Position numbers and translations under genes: made by a program | Shown here: piece after piece, positions 32,289-42,428 of the stretch | How positions within the stretch are numbered: the stretch's first letter is position 1 | Layout: every line of letters starts with the position of its first letter | Notes under the pieces: model-generated | What the model was told of the DNA's origin: nothing | Seen by the model: the letters and a program-made list of their open reading frames with translations, nothing else | The model's database searches: none | NCBI GenBank assembly: GCA_902524105.1 | Contig: CABZCD010000001.1 | Coordinates: 12,733-76,732, forward strand | DNA from: an uncultured Pelagibacteraceae bacterium | GTDB taxonomy: Bacteria > Pseudomonadota > Alphaproteobacteria > Pelagibacterales > Pelagibacteraceae | Direction of reading: 5' to 3' | Length of the DNA: 64,000 nt

Positions 32289-32331
32289 ATAATTGCTATA
32301 TAATGGTGAAAAATATAATTACTAGTATCCA

Positions 32332-32931
32332 ATGAAAAAAAACAACATATTGCTTATTGGCACCCATAATAATGGAAAATTCAGGGAAATAAGTAAATTA
32401 TTAAGTAAAAAGATAAAGAAAATTTCACCTAAAAGTTTAATGATAAAGGCACCTAAGGAAACAGGAAAAACATTCAAATCAAATTCAGAACTTAAGGCTA
32501 ATTTTTTTTATGAAAAATCAAAAATGGTTTCGTTGTCAGACGACTCTGGGTTAGAAATAATAGCCTTAAATAAAAAACCTGGAATTTATTCAGCTAGATG
32601 GGCAAAGAAAAGTGGAAGTTTTAGAAAAGCAATGCTTAAAATTTTAAACATAATAAAAAACAAAAAAAACAGAAAAGCAAGATTTATTTGTAGTTTGTCA
32701 ATTAAACTAAGCAAAAACAAAATCATTACAACAGAAGGAATTATAAACGGCAATATATCTTACAAAATTTTAGGTTCAAAAGGATTTGGGTATGATCCTA
32801 TATTTATTCCTAACAAATATAAGGTCACTTTCGGACAAATGAAAATATCTAAGAAAATGAAGATAGACCATAGAAGTATTGCTTTCAAAAAATTGAAAAA
32901 GAAATTAAAACTTTATAAATTTTTTATCTGA
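32332..32931 (+). CDS. rdgB: Non-canonical purine NTP pyrophosphatase (RdgB/HAM1)
   Basis: THN.GK..E, SDDSGL, PGIYSARW, GFGYDPIF, HR. Confidence 0.95.
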   Translation: MKKNNILLIGTHNNGKFREISKLLSKKIKKISPKSLMIKAPKETGKTFKSNSELKANFFYEKSKMVSLSDDSGLEIIALNKKPGIYSARWAKKSGSFRKAMLKILNIIKNKKNRKARFICSLSIKLSKNKIITTEGIINGNISYKILGSKGFGYDPIFIPNKYKVTFGQMKISKKMKIDHRSIAFKKLKKKLKLYKFFI

Positions 32932-34059
32932 GACTTTATACATATTTAGTTTTTGTATTAGACGACCATCTATGAAATTGAAAGTTCCAATTTTACCTTT
33001 AATATTATCTTTAATCATGAAATCTTTAATTGAAGAAATTTTATAATTTTTTTTATTCCATACGTAATAAATAAGTCCTAAAGCATCATATGTTAAAATT
33101 GTAATTTCACTTGGTTGAAGACCATAAGTTTTTGAATATTTTATATTGTATTTTTGGAAGTTCTTTATATCGACTGAAGGATAATATAAATTTTGAATAG
33201 AGTTTTCTAAAAATATGCTTTTATCAAACCATTGGTTGACAGTTGTTATCAAAACATCATTTTGATCTACGTCAGAATAAACTAATGAAGTAAGAACACT
33301 TTTCAGACTATCACCAAAATCTATGATTATTACAGAGTCAAAATCTACTTTACCAATAGTATATTTTTGTTCCAATCTTTTAAGTTCTAACTTAGAGGCC
33401 TCATCTTCCCTTTCCTCAAGTATTTTAACTCTAGATATCAAGTTTCTTTTTCTTTGTTTGTAATTAGTTAGCTTTTCTATATCGCCGGTTAATATTTTTG
33501 GATCTGCGCTGTACTTAAATATCTTTTTATTATTAATATTTATATTTTTAATTTTTGAGTCAATTAAAGAAGTGTATTTATTTTTAGGATACATAATAAT
33601 TGTTTTTTTTCTTTTATTTTTTTTTATAAATTCTTCAATAGATTTCATTTGGGACTCTAAGCTTACTCCAATACTTAAAATGTTACCTTGAACTTTGGGA
33701 TTTATATTTGAGGGAGAAATAAAAACCATATCTTTATATTTCAACGCACCGTTAAAATCTTCGTGGCTAATTGGTCCAATGACTATTTTTATATTTTCTT
33801 CTCTTAATGACTCAATAGATTTCGTAAGCTTTTCCACATTATCAAATCCAGAGTCTCTGGGAAAAATTTTTATGTTATCATCACTTATTTCGTCTAAAGC
33901 TAACTGAAGTGAAAGCATTATAGATTGACCCATATCTTTGTATTCTCCACTAAAAGGAGCTAAAAGACCTACCTTTAGAGTTCTTTGGTTTTCGTCTGCA
34001 AAAGAGTTAAAATTGAATGATAATAATATATAAATAAAGATAATTATTTTTTTTAACAT
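32905..34059 (-). CDS. Periplasmic binding-fold protein (LppC/LpoA-like PBP activator)
   Basis: Signal peptide, VGLLAPFSG....G, IVIGP, YDA; divergent from rsmI as usual for this family. Confidence 0.72.
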   Translation of the reverse strand: MLKKIIIFIYILLSFNFNSFADENQRTLKVGLLAPFSGEYKDMGQSIMLSLQLALDEISDDNIKIFPRDSGFDNVEKLTKSIESLREENIKIVIGPISHEDFNGALKYKDMVFISPSNINPKVQGNILSIGVSLESQMKSIEEFIKKNKRKKTIIMYPKNKYTSLIDSKIKNININNKKIFKYSADPKILTGDIEKLTNYKQRKRNLISRVKILEEREDEASKLELKRLEQKYTIGKVDFDSVIIIDFGDSLKSVLTSLVYSDVDQNDVLITTVNQWFDKSIFLENSIQNLYYPSVDIKNFQKYNIKYSKTYGLQPSEITILTYDALGLIYYVWNKKNYKISSIKDFMIKDNIKGKIGTFNFIDGRLIQKLNMYKVSDKKFIKF

Positions 34060-34065
34060 AATTTT

Positions 34066-34896
34066 ATGAATAATTTAGAAGAAGGTTTATACATTGTTTC
34101 AACTCCAATAGGAAATTTAGAAGATATTACACTTAGAGCAATAGAAATATTAAAAAAATCTGACCTCATTCTTTGTGAAGACACAAGACACTCTTTAAAA
34201 CTTCTAAATAATTTTAACATAAAAAATAAAATGATTCCTTACCATAAGTTTAACGAAAAAAAATCCTTAAATAAAATAATACAATATTTAAAAGAGGGCA
34301 AAATTTTGTCTTTAATTTCAGATGCAGGCACACCAGTTTTGTCTGATCCCGGAAATTTGATTATTAATGAATGTATTAAAAATGACTTAAAAATTTTTAC
34401 AGTGCCAGGACCTTCTGCGATATCTGCTGCAGTAAGCATGTCTGGTTTTGGAGAAAAATTTTTATTTTATGGTTTTTTACCAAAAACTGAAAATGAATTG
34501 AATAAATTATTAAAGAGCCTTGAAGTTTGTAATTTTTCATTAGTATTTTTTGTTCCAGCAATTAAAATAAATTTTTACATTAAACACTTTAAAAAACATT
34601 TTTCAGACAGAAAGATATTTATCGCAAGAGAAATGACAAAAAAACACGAATCTTATTATAGAGATAGCGTTGATAAAATTAACCTTTTCAAGACACAATT
34701 AAAAGGTGAATTAACAATTATTATTTCAAACAGAATCAAAAATAAATTATACACAACTGACTTTGTTAAAATAGAAAAACAAGTTATAAAATATCTTAAA
34801 AGTTATACAGTAAAGGATATTGTAGAACTAATGTCTAAAAAAGAACAAGTACCAAAAAAGATTATTTATAATCTTTGTATTAAAAATAAAAAATGA
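34066..34896 (+). CDS. rsmI: 16S rRNA C1402 2'-O-methyltransferase
   Basis: VSTPIGNLEDITLRA, CEDTR, SDAGTP..SDPG, REMTK.HE. Confidence 0.96.
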   Translation: MNNLEEGLYIVSTPIGNLEDITLRAIEILKKSDLILCEDTRHSLKLLNNFNIKNKMIPYHKFNEKKSLNKIIQYLKEGKILSLISDAGTPVLSDPGNLIINECIKNDLKIFTVPGPSAISAAVSMSGFGEKFLFYGFLPKTENELNKLLKSLEVCNFSLVFFVPAIKINFYIKHFKKHFSDRKIFIAREMTKKHESYYRDSVDKINLFKTQLKGELTIIISNRIKNKLYTTDFVKIEKQVIKYLKSYTVKDIVELMSKKEQVPKKIIYNLCIKNKK

Positions 34897-35474
34897 AAGT
34901 TTATTTATCAATTTTTTTAGTAATAATTTTCTTATCAAGTTGCTCGCCGGCAGGTCGATTTGGTGCTGGAGTTGACATTACCTTTGATCCTAGAACAATA
35001 GGTATGCAAATTGATGATACAATTATGCAAAAAAACTTAGTAGCAAGATTATCTTTAAGTGAAAAAAAATACTTTATAAATATTCAAGTTGAGGTGTTAG
35101 ATGGCCGAATTTTCTTATCAGGCAAGGTTGATGAACCTGAAGAAAAAATAAAAATTACAAAATTAGCATGGGAAACTAAAGGCGTAAGAGAGGTAAAAAA
35201 CGCTATTACTATAAAAGGAAGCTCAAATTTTAAGCAAACAGCTAAAGACATTCTCATTACAAGCCAGCTAAGAACAGCTCTGATTTTTAATAAAAAAACT
35301 AAAGCAAGAAACTATACTTTAGAGACAATTAATAAAAAAATTTATATTTTTGGTATAGCCATGGATAACGATGAGAAAAAAGAAGTTCTCTCTGAGGCAG
35401 AAAAGATATATGATGTTGAGAAGATTATCCCATCTATTTATTTAGCTAGTGAACTTAGTAGAAATAAAATTTAG
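34893..35474 (+). CDS. Dual BON-domain lipoprotein (DolP/YraP-like)
   Basis: Lipobox LSSC, R.IG.QIDD, GR..LSG.V, GV.EV.N, second BON D..IT. Confidence 0.88.
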   Translation: MKVYLSIFLVIIFLSSCSPAGRFGAGVDITFDPRTIGMQIDDTIMQKNLVARLSLSEKKYFINIQVEVLDGRIFLSGKVDEPEEKIKITKLAWETKGVREVKNAITIKGSSNFKQTAKDILITSQLRTALIFNKKTKARNYTLETINKKIYIFGIAMDNDEKKEVLSEAEKIYDVEKIIPSIYLASELSRNKI

Positions 35475-37756
35475 CTTTTTTTGTAATCTATTACATCTGC
35501 CGAATAAGCTGCAATAGAAGCAAGATTTAAAATATCTGATGTAGTTGATCTTAAGGGCGCAACTTCAATAGGTAAATCTAAGCCAATTAATAATGGACCA
35601 ATTAATTTTGCACCACCAAAAGATTTCATTAATTTAGTTGATATAGCAGCACTATGAAGAGCTGGCATTATCAGTATATTTGCCCTACCTACTATTTTTG
35701 AAAAAGGGTAAACATCTTGGTAAATTGGATTTAAGGCTACATCTGGCTGCATCTCTCCATCAAAGTCAAAGTCAACTTTATCATTTTTTAACATATCTAT
35801 TGCATCTCTAACATGTTTCGTATTTCTAGAAATTGGCTTACCAAATGTTGAGTGAGATAAAAAAGCTACTTTAGGTTCAAATCCAAAAAGTTTTGATACT
35901 CTTACGCATGATTTTGAAACCGCAACCAATCTTTCTGAGGAAGGAAAATCTTCAACATTAGTATCTGCTACCAAAACAGTTCGCCCCTTAAATACCATCA
36001 TTGTCATACCAAAAATTGGCTCACCTTTTCTTGCATCACAAACATGTTTTAATTTTTCTATTGAGGCAGCGTAATGTCTAATATTACCAGTCACCATTGC
36101 GTCAGCATCTTTACACGCTACCATAGCAGAACCGAAAGCTATTCTCTCATTTCTAACTAATCGATCTACATCTCGCTCAAGCTGTCCTGTTCTTTGAAGT
36201 TTTTGGTATAAATATTTTGTATACTTTTCTCTTTTGTCTTTGTTTGTTGAATTAACAATTTCAATTTTAAAATTTTCATCTAGTCCGATATTCTTTAAAG
36301 TCTCTCTTACCCTTTTTTCATTTCCAATTACTATTGGTGTTCCTAACTTATTTTTTCCGAATTCTATAGCTGCTTTTAACATATTTTCATCTTCACCTTC
36401 TGCAAAAACAACTCTTTTAGGACTTTTTTTAATGTTTGAATTAATACCTTGCATTAAAGACATTGAAGGATCTAATCTTGCAGCAAGCTGATCTTTATAT
36501 TGATCCAAATTATCGATTTTTTTTCTTGCTACGCCACTTTTCATCGCTGCTTCAGCTACTGCTGAAGGAATTCTCCTTACAAGTCTAGGATCAAATGTTG
36601 ATGGTATTATATATTTTTTTCCATACTTAGGTCTTTCCCCTCCATACGCAGATACTACTTCATCCGGAACATCCTCTCTCGCTAATAGTGCTATGGCATT
36701 TGCAGCAGCAACCTTCATTTCGTCGTTAATTATTTTAGCTCTAACATCCAATGCTCCTCTAAAAATATAAGGGAAACCAATGAGATTATTAACCTGATTA
36801 GGATAATCTGATCTTCCAGTTGCAATTATTGCATCATCTCTCACTTCATTGATTATTTCTGGTTTTATCTCTGGATCAGGATTAGCACAAGCAAATATTA
36901 TAGGATTTTTTGCCATTGATTTGATCATGTCACGGTTGACAACATCTTTTGCTGACAAACCAAGAAAAACATCAGCTCCTTTAATAGCTTGATCTAAAGT
37001 TCTGAATTTTGTTTCAACAGCATGGGCTGATTTAAATTTATCCACATTGTCTCTCCCTTTGTAAATTACTCCTTTTCTATCGCACATAATTACATTTTCA
37101 CTCTTTACTCCAATTTTTTTAAAGAGATTTGTACAAGCTATTGCTGACGCTCCTGCACCATTCACAACTATTTTAACTTTATCAATTTTTTTTTTGGAAA
37201 TATCTAAAGCATTTATTAATGCTGCTGTTGTAATAATTGCTGTTCCATGTTGATCATCATGAAACACTGGAATATCCAATGTTTCCTTTAACTTTTGTTC
37301 TATAATAAAACAATCAGGAGCAGCGATATCTTCTAAATTTATGCCACCAAAAGTACCTGCAATATTTTTAATAGTAGAAATTACTTCTTCAGTATTTGTG
37401 TTATCTATTTCTATATCGATAGAATCTATATCTGCAAATCTTTTGAATAATACAGCCTTTCCTTCCATAACAGGTTTTGAAGCTAAGGAACCAAGATTTC
37501 CGAGTCCAAGGATAGCGGAACCATTACTTATTACAGCTACTAAGTTTCCTTTAGAAGTGTAATCATAAGCTTTCGAAGAGTCTTTGAAAATCTCTCTTAC
37601 TGGCGCTGCTACCCCAGGCGAATAAGCAAGAGATAAATCTCTTTTTGAGATGAGAGGTTTAGACGAATTAACCTCAATTTTGCCAGACTTATTACCTATA
37701 TGAAAATCTAAAGCCTCTTTATCTGTATAATGATCAATTTTTGATTTTTTTGTCAT
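35471..37756 (-). CDS. maeB: NADP-dependent malic enzyme with C-terminal PTA-like domain
   Basis: LAYSPGVA, KPVMEGK, HDDQHGT, NGAGA, RVVFAEGE, DGEMQ.D. Confidence 0.96.
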   Translation of the reverse strand: MTKKSKIDHYTDKEALDFHIGNKSGKIEVNSSKPLISKRDLSLAYSPGVAAPVREIFKDSSKAYDYTSKGNLVAVISNGSAILGLGNLGSLASKPVMEGKAVLFKRFADIDSIDIEIDNTNTEEVISTIKNIAGTFGGINLEDIAAPDCFIIEQKLKETLDIPVFHDDQHGTAIITTAALINALDISKKKIDKVKIVVNGAGASAIACTNLFKKIGVKSENVIMCDRKGVIYKGRDNVDKFKSAHAVETKFRTLDQAIKGADVFLGLSAKDVVNRDMIKSMAKNPIIFACANPDPEIKPEIINEVRDDAIIATGRSDYPNQVNNLIGFPYIFRGALDVRAKIINDEMKVAAANAIALLAREDVPDEVVSAYGGERPKYGKKYIIPSTFDPRLVRRIPSAVAEAAMKSGVARKKIDNLDQYKDQLAARLDPSMSLMQGINSNIKKSPKRVVFAEGEDENMLKAAIEFGKNKLGTPIVIGNEKRVRETLKNIGLDENFKIEIVNSTNKDKREKYTKYLYQKLQRTGQLERDVDRLVRNERIAFGSAMVACKDADAMVTGNIRHYAASIEKLKHVCDARKGEPIFGMTMMVFKGRTVLVADTNVEDFPSSERLVAVSKSCVRVSKLFGFEPKVAFLSHSTFGKPISRNTKHVRDAIDMLKNDKVDFDFDGEMQPDVALNPIYQDVYPFSKIVGRANILIMPALHSAAISTKLMKSFGGAKLIGPLLIGLDLPIEVAPLRSTTSDILNLASIAAYSADVIDYKKS

Positions 37757-37813
37757 CGGATTTTGAGTATGTAATATATATGTGAATATATCACTAATAA
37801 TTTTGTCTTAAAT

Positions 37814-39340
37814 ATGAATTTATTATTTTCTACCACTGTATTTAGTTTTTATACGATGTTAAGCCGTGTCCTCGGTTATTTCAGAGATATATTGATAGCA
37901 ATATTTTTAGGAACTTCGATATATGCTGATGCTTTTTTTGTAGCTTTTAGGCTTCCTAATACATTCAGGAGATTATTCGCAGAGGGTACGTTTAACGCAG
38001 CATTTATTCCAAGTTACACTGCAGAAAAAATAAAAGGCAAAAGTCAAGGCAAACGGTTTGCAGATGAAGTTTTGACCTTATTAATTTTAGGACTTTTAAC
38101 CATAGTTTTAATTGTTGAAATTTTAACTCCGTATGTTGTTTATCTAATTGCTCCAGGTTTTGTAGAAGATAATACTAAATTTGATTTAGCGGTCGACTTA
38201 ACTAGAATAACTTTCCCTTTTCTAGCATTTGTAAGTTTATCATCTTTTTTCGCAGGAATTCTTAATTCTGAAAATAAATTTGCTGCTGCTGCAGCAGCGC
38301 CCATCTTTCTAAATTTAATTTTAATTTTATCTTTGATTATAGCATACTATTTTAAATTAGATTATGCTTTTAATCTATCTTACGGAGTTTCAATATCGGG
38401 TTTAATACAATTACTTTTTTTAATTTTCTTTGCATTAAAATATTATCAACCCTCGCTAATTTTAAAAAATAAGGTAAAGCGCAATGTAAAATTCTTCCTT
38501 AAGAAACTTTTACCTAGCATTTTTTCTTCTGGTGTTATCCAAATTAGTATTTTAGTTGGAACGATTATAGCTTCTTTTCAAGCAGGAGCAGTTTCTTATC
38601 TTTATTATGCAGACAGAGTTTATCAAATAAATCTCGCAGTTGCTGGTATTGCTGTAAGCACAGTATCTTTACCATTACTGAGTAAACTGATTAAAAATAA
38701 AAAAACTAACGAAGCAAATAAAATTCAAAATAAATCTTTAGAATTATCTTTATTACTTTCTTTACCTGCTAGTCTAGCATTAATTGTTGGTTCTGAAGAA
38801 ATAGTTAATGCTTTATTTGGTTATGGATCATTTACAAAAAATGATATTGTACAGACTTCGCTAGCTCTTAAATATTTTGGTTATGGAATACCAGCTTTTG
38901 CAATTCTAAAAATATTTGCAAATTTCTTTTTTGCTAGAGACAATACAATGACACCTTTTAAAGTTTCATCAATTATTGTTTTTATCAATATCGCTATAAG
39001 TATATTATTTTTTAAACAAATTGGCTTTATCATTATTCCAATTGCAACAACTTTATCTACTTGGATAGGAGTTTTCTATTATTTTTACCTTCTTACAAAA
39101 ATAGGTTATTTAAAAATAAATTCAAGATTATATATAAATTTTATGAAGATAGTATTTTCCACAACAATTATGACATATGCCTTACAAGAGAGTTTAAATT
39201 ATTTTGCAAAAAACTTAAGTTATTCTAGTGATTATAAAATTTTATACTTATTATTTATAGTAATCTGCTTAGCTTTATTGTACTTTTTGATCTGTTATTT
39301 TTTAAAAGTGTTTAATGTAAGAAGCTTTAAAACAAAATAA
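37814..39340 (+). CDS. murJ: Lipid II flippase MurJ
   Basis: [25 protein letters not shown]; many TM segments. Confidence 0.96.
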   Translation: MNLLFSTTVFSFYTMLSRVLGYFRDILIAIFLGTSIYADAFFVAFRLPNTFRRLFAEGTFNAAFIPSYTAEKIKGKSQGKRFADEVLTLLILGLLTIVLIVEILTPYVVYLIAPGFVEDNTKFDLAVDLTRITFPFLAFVSLSSFFAGILNSENKFAAAAAAPIFLNLILILSLIIAYYFKLDYAFNLSYGVSISGLIQLLFLIFFALKYYQPSLILKNKVKRNVKFFLKKLLPSIFSSGVIQISILVGTIIASFQAGAVSYLYYADRVYQINLAVAGIAVSTVSLPLLSKLIKNKKTNEANKIQNKSLELSLLLSLPASLALIVGSEEIVNALFGYGSFTKNDIVQTSLALKYFGYGIPAFAILKIFANFFFARDNTMTPFKVSSIIVFINIAISILFFKQIGFIIIPIATTLSTWIGVFYYFYLLTKIGYLKINSRLYINFMKIVFSTTIMTYALQESLNYFAKNLSYSSDYKILYLLFIVICLALLYFLICYFLKVFNVRSFKTK

Positions 39341-39341
39341 T

Positions 39342-40343
39342 ATGAAAAAGGAATTAGTATTTTCTGGAGTACAACCAACTGGTAATTTACATCTTGGAAA
39401 TTATCTTGGAGCTTTAAAAAATTTCGTATTACTTCAAAAAAAAAAGAATTGCTTATATTGTGTAGTTGATTTGCACGCTTTAACTTCATTTCAAAATCCA
39501 AAAGAATTGAAATCAAATATCTTAGAAACTACCGCAGGTTTCTTAGCTTCAGGATTAGACTCAGAAAAAAGCATTATCTTCAATCAATCTTCAGTAAGTG
39601 GTCACGCTGAACTTGCTTGGATTTTAAATTGTGTTTGTAGACTTGGCTGGTTAAATCGCATGACTCAATTTAAGGATAAGGCTGGCAAAGATAAAGAGAA
39701 AGTCAGTGTTGGACTATATATTTACCCAAATTTAATGGCTGCAGATATTTTGCTTTATAAGGCTACACACGTTCCAGTTGGCGCAGACCAAAAACAGCAT
39801 TTAGAATTATCAAGAGATATTGCCCAAAAATTTAACAATGATTTTAATGCCAAGGACTTTTTTCCGTTACCAGAACCTTTAATTCAAAAAAATATTTCAC
39901 GTGTTATGAGTTTAAGAGATGGGACAAAAAAAATGAGTAAATCTGAAGAGTCAGATTATTCTAGAATAAATTTGAAGGATAGTTCTGATGAAATAGTGAA
40001 AAAAATTAAAAAGGCAAAAACTGATACCGACCCAATTACCGAAAATATTAAAGATTATGAAAAAAGACCCGAAGCATATAATTTATTGAGTATATATTCA
40101 GATTTGTCAGGTCAAAAAATTGAGAACACTCTAAATGAGTTTGTCGGGAAAGATTTCTCATTTTTAAAAGTAAAACTATCTGAAAAATTAGTTGAGACAA
40201 TTAGTCCAATCGGAAACAATATTACAAAATTAATGAAAGATAAAAAACACCTAGAAGATGTATTAAAAAAAGGTAAAGAAAAAGCCAGTATTATTGCTGA
40301 GGAAAACCTAAAAAAGATACGTGAAATAGTGGGATTTGTGTAA
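39342..40343 (+). CDS. trpS: Tryptophan--tRNA ligase
   Basis: [27 protein letters not shown]. Confidence 0.98.
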   Translation: MKKELVFSGVQPTGNLHLGNYLGALKNFVLLQKKKNCLYCVVDLHALTSFQNPKELKSNILETTAGFLASGLDSEKSIIFNQSSVSGHAELAWILNCVCRLGWLNRMTQFKDKAGKDKEKVSVGLYIYPNLMAADILLYKATHVPVGADQKQHLELSRDIAQKFNNDFNAKDFFPLPEPLIQKNISRVMSLRDGTKKMSKSEESDYSRINLKDSSDEIVKKIKKAKTDTDPITENIKDYEKRPEAYNLLSIYSDLSGQKIENTLNEFVGKDFSFLKVKLSEKLVETISPIGNNITKLMKDKKHLEDVLKKGKEKASIIAEENLKKIREIVGFV

Positions 40344-40358
40344 TATATATATCTTATT

Positions 40359-40901
40359 ATGATACATGTTGAACAAACACCTAATCCAGATTCTTTAAAA
40401 TTTTTATCTCAAAAAATTTTATCTAAAGTTGGAACAGAAGAGTTTAGAAAATCAAATCTAAGCAATATTAAAATTCCTTTCATCAGAGAAGTATTAAATT
40501 TTTCAGGAGTTGAACTAATATTAATTTCAGATAATTTTTTAACTGTAAAAAAAGAGAAAAGCACTTCCTGGGATAGCCTAAAACCTATGATTATTTCACA
40601 TTTAAACGATTACTTTGAAAAAAATGATGATCCTATACTAGTAAAAAATAAGACGGATAAGAAATCTGACGACAATGAAACTATATCTAAAATAAAAGAT
40701 GTACTAGATACAAAAATAAGACCCGCTGTAGCAAAAGATGGAGGAGATATTAAATTTAAGTCTTTCGACAACGGTGTTGTTAAAGTAGAGTTACAAGGCG
40801 CGTGTTCTGGATGCCCTAGTTCAATAATGACTTTAAAACAGGGCGTTCAAAATTTATTAAAACATTATGTTAAAGAGGTTAACTCAGTAGAGGCGATTTA
40901 A
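40359..40901 (+). CDS. NifU/NfuA family Fe-S carrier
   Basis: TPNP.SLKF N-domain, RPAVA.DGGD, GACSGCPSS. Confidence 0.93.
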   Translation: MIHVEQTPNPDSLKFLSQKILSKVGTEEFRKSNLSNIKIPFIREVLNFSGVELILISDNFLTVKKEKSTSWDSLKPMIISHLNDYFEKNDDPILVKNKTDKKSDDNETISKIKDVLDTKIRPAVAKDGGDIKFKSFDNGVVKVELQGACSGCPSSIMTLKQGVQNLLKHYVKEVNSVEAI

Positions 40902-42428
40902 ATGAAGAAAATTGCAAGTTACAGAGATAAATTATTAGAGTTAAGTAGAATTTATAAAATAACAGAAATACAAAATTATATTAAAAGAAAAAAAAATCTC
41001 ACAACTCAACAAATTGAGCATATTTTAAAAAAAAATAATGTCCCTATACCTAAAGATTTCAACGTAAGTTTTTTTAAAAAAAGCATTTCAAACCCTCTTT
41101 CAAAAGCAGGAAAAGAGGTTTCAGGAATTTATAGTGACACAACTGAGGAGGTTGGAAAGTTTTATAAAAGAACGAAAAGAGGAGCTACAGGATTATACGA
41201 TGATACCACTGGAGGTGTTGGGAATTTCTTTATATCATTGTGGAGAAATTCTGGTAATTTAGGACTTGGCATTTTAAATACAATTCCCAAAGTATTTAAC
41301 ACGGTTTCTAATTTTGTTTCAGATGCATTAGTAAATTTGTTTAGCAGTTTTTATACCTCTGAAGTTGAAAAAACAAAAACTAATAAGTTAATCAAAGGTT
41401 TTGGAATTGTGGTCTTTGTATGCGCAATAGGTATTACCTTTTTCACTTTAAAAGAAAACTATGTAGGAAGCGATGTGACTCAATCAGTTCCAGTTGAGAA
41501 AGAAAAACTAAAAAAAATTGAAAAACAGAAAGAAGTAAAGAAAAAAATAGAAAAAAAACCCCAAAAAAAAGAGGAGCAAAAACAGGTAAAAAAACCTGAA
41601 CCAAAAAAAGAGAAATCTCCAAGTCAAGTCACTGAATTAGTGCTACCAAACTTAAATATCAAGACCGAGACTGTTTTAAGCTTATTCGAAGATGTTGAAT
41701 ATGATTTAAAGACTGTAAGATATCAAAAGAGAGTTAAACCAATATACTTCACTCAATTTCCAAAAGATTTAGACGAAATTAAAGATTCTAAACTTAAAAA
41801 GGAAACATTTATTAAAATCGTTCTACCTTTAGTGGTTGCTGAAAACGATAAAATTCTAGATGACAAAATAAAATTAAAAAGAATAACTTCAAAAAAAATG
41901 ACTACTGATAAAGAAAAATCTTGGTTAAGATTAAAATTGAGAGAATATAAAGTAAAAAACTCTGATATTTCAGAATTAAACAAAAGAATGGATATTATAC
42001 CGGTCTCAATTGCATTAGCGCAAGCAGCAAAAGAAAGTGGTTGGGGTACTTCAAGATTTGCTTTAGAGGGGAATGCAATATTTGGCCAGTGGACATGGAC
42101 AGGTCAAGGTATAGAACCTTTGAATAAAGGTAAAAATGAAGGTCATAAAATCTTAAGATTTCCAATCCTAAGAGCTTCGGTTAAAGCCTATAAGAACAAT
42201 TTAAACACTCACAGAGGTTATTCAGAGTTTAGAGAAAAAAGATACAATATCAGAAAAAGAAATAAGTCTATTAGAGGTTTGGATCTTACAGATACTTTAG
42301 ATAAATACGCACAAACTGGAAAAGAATATACAGATATTTTAGAGCAAATAATAAAACAAAACGATCTATCAGACTTTGAGAAAGTTCAATTAACTAATTC
42401 TGTTGTGAAAAAAGATATACAACTTTAA
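40902..42428 (+). CDS. Membrane-anchored Bax/GH73-like glucosaminidase with long N-terminal extension
   Basis: C-terminal LAQAAKESGWGTSRF, NAIFG, NLNTH..Y..FR, YA; one TM near aa 163-183; K/E-rich linker. Confidence 0.85.
   Translation: MKKIASYRDKLLELSRIYKITEIQNYIKRKKNLTTQQIEHILKKNNVPIPKDFNVSFFKKSISNPLSKAGKEVSGIYSDTTEEVGKFYKRTKRGATGLYDDTTGGVGNFFISLWRNSGNLGLGILNTIPKVFNTVSNFVSDALVNLFSSFYTSEVEKTKTNKLIKGFGIVVFVCAIGITFFTLKENYVGSDVTQSVPVEKEKLKKIEKQKEVKKKIEKKPQKKEEQKQVKKPEPKKEKSPSQVTELVLPNLNIKTETVLSLFEDVEYDLKTVRYQKRVKPIYFTQFPKDLDEIKDSKLKKETFIKIVLPLVVAENDKILDDKIKLKRITSKKMTTDKEKSWLRLKLREYKVKNSDISELNKRMDIIPVSIALAQAAKESGWGTSRFALEGNAIFGQWTWTGQGIEPLNKGKNEGHKILRFPILRASVKAYKNNLNTHRGYSEFREKRYNIRKRNKSIRGLDLTDTLDKYAQTGKEYTDILEQIIKQNDLSDFEKVQLTNSVVKKDIQL
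41082..41279 (+). repeat. Intragenic 11/22-residue (33/66 nt) degenerate repeats
   Basis: SGIYSDTTEEVGKF (41121) and TGLYDDTTGGVGNF (41187) are exactly 66 nt apart. Confidence 0.65.

Noticed and set aside
37038-37046. Perfect DnaA box TTATCCACA in maeB (another, TGTGGATAA, at 44158-44166 in fur)
   Set aside because: Isolated, intragenic and about 7 kb apart; compatible with chance
39893-39908. parS-like half-site TATTTCACGTGTTATG in trpS
   Set aside because: Right arm does not match and it is far from the rsmG cluster; cannot be supported without binding data
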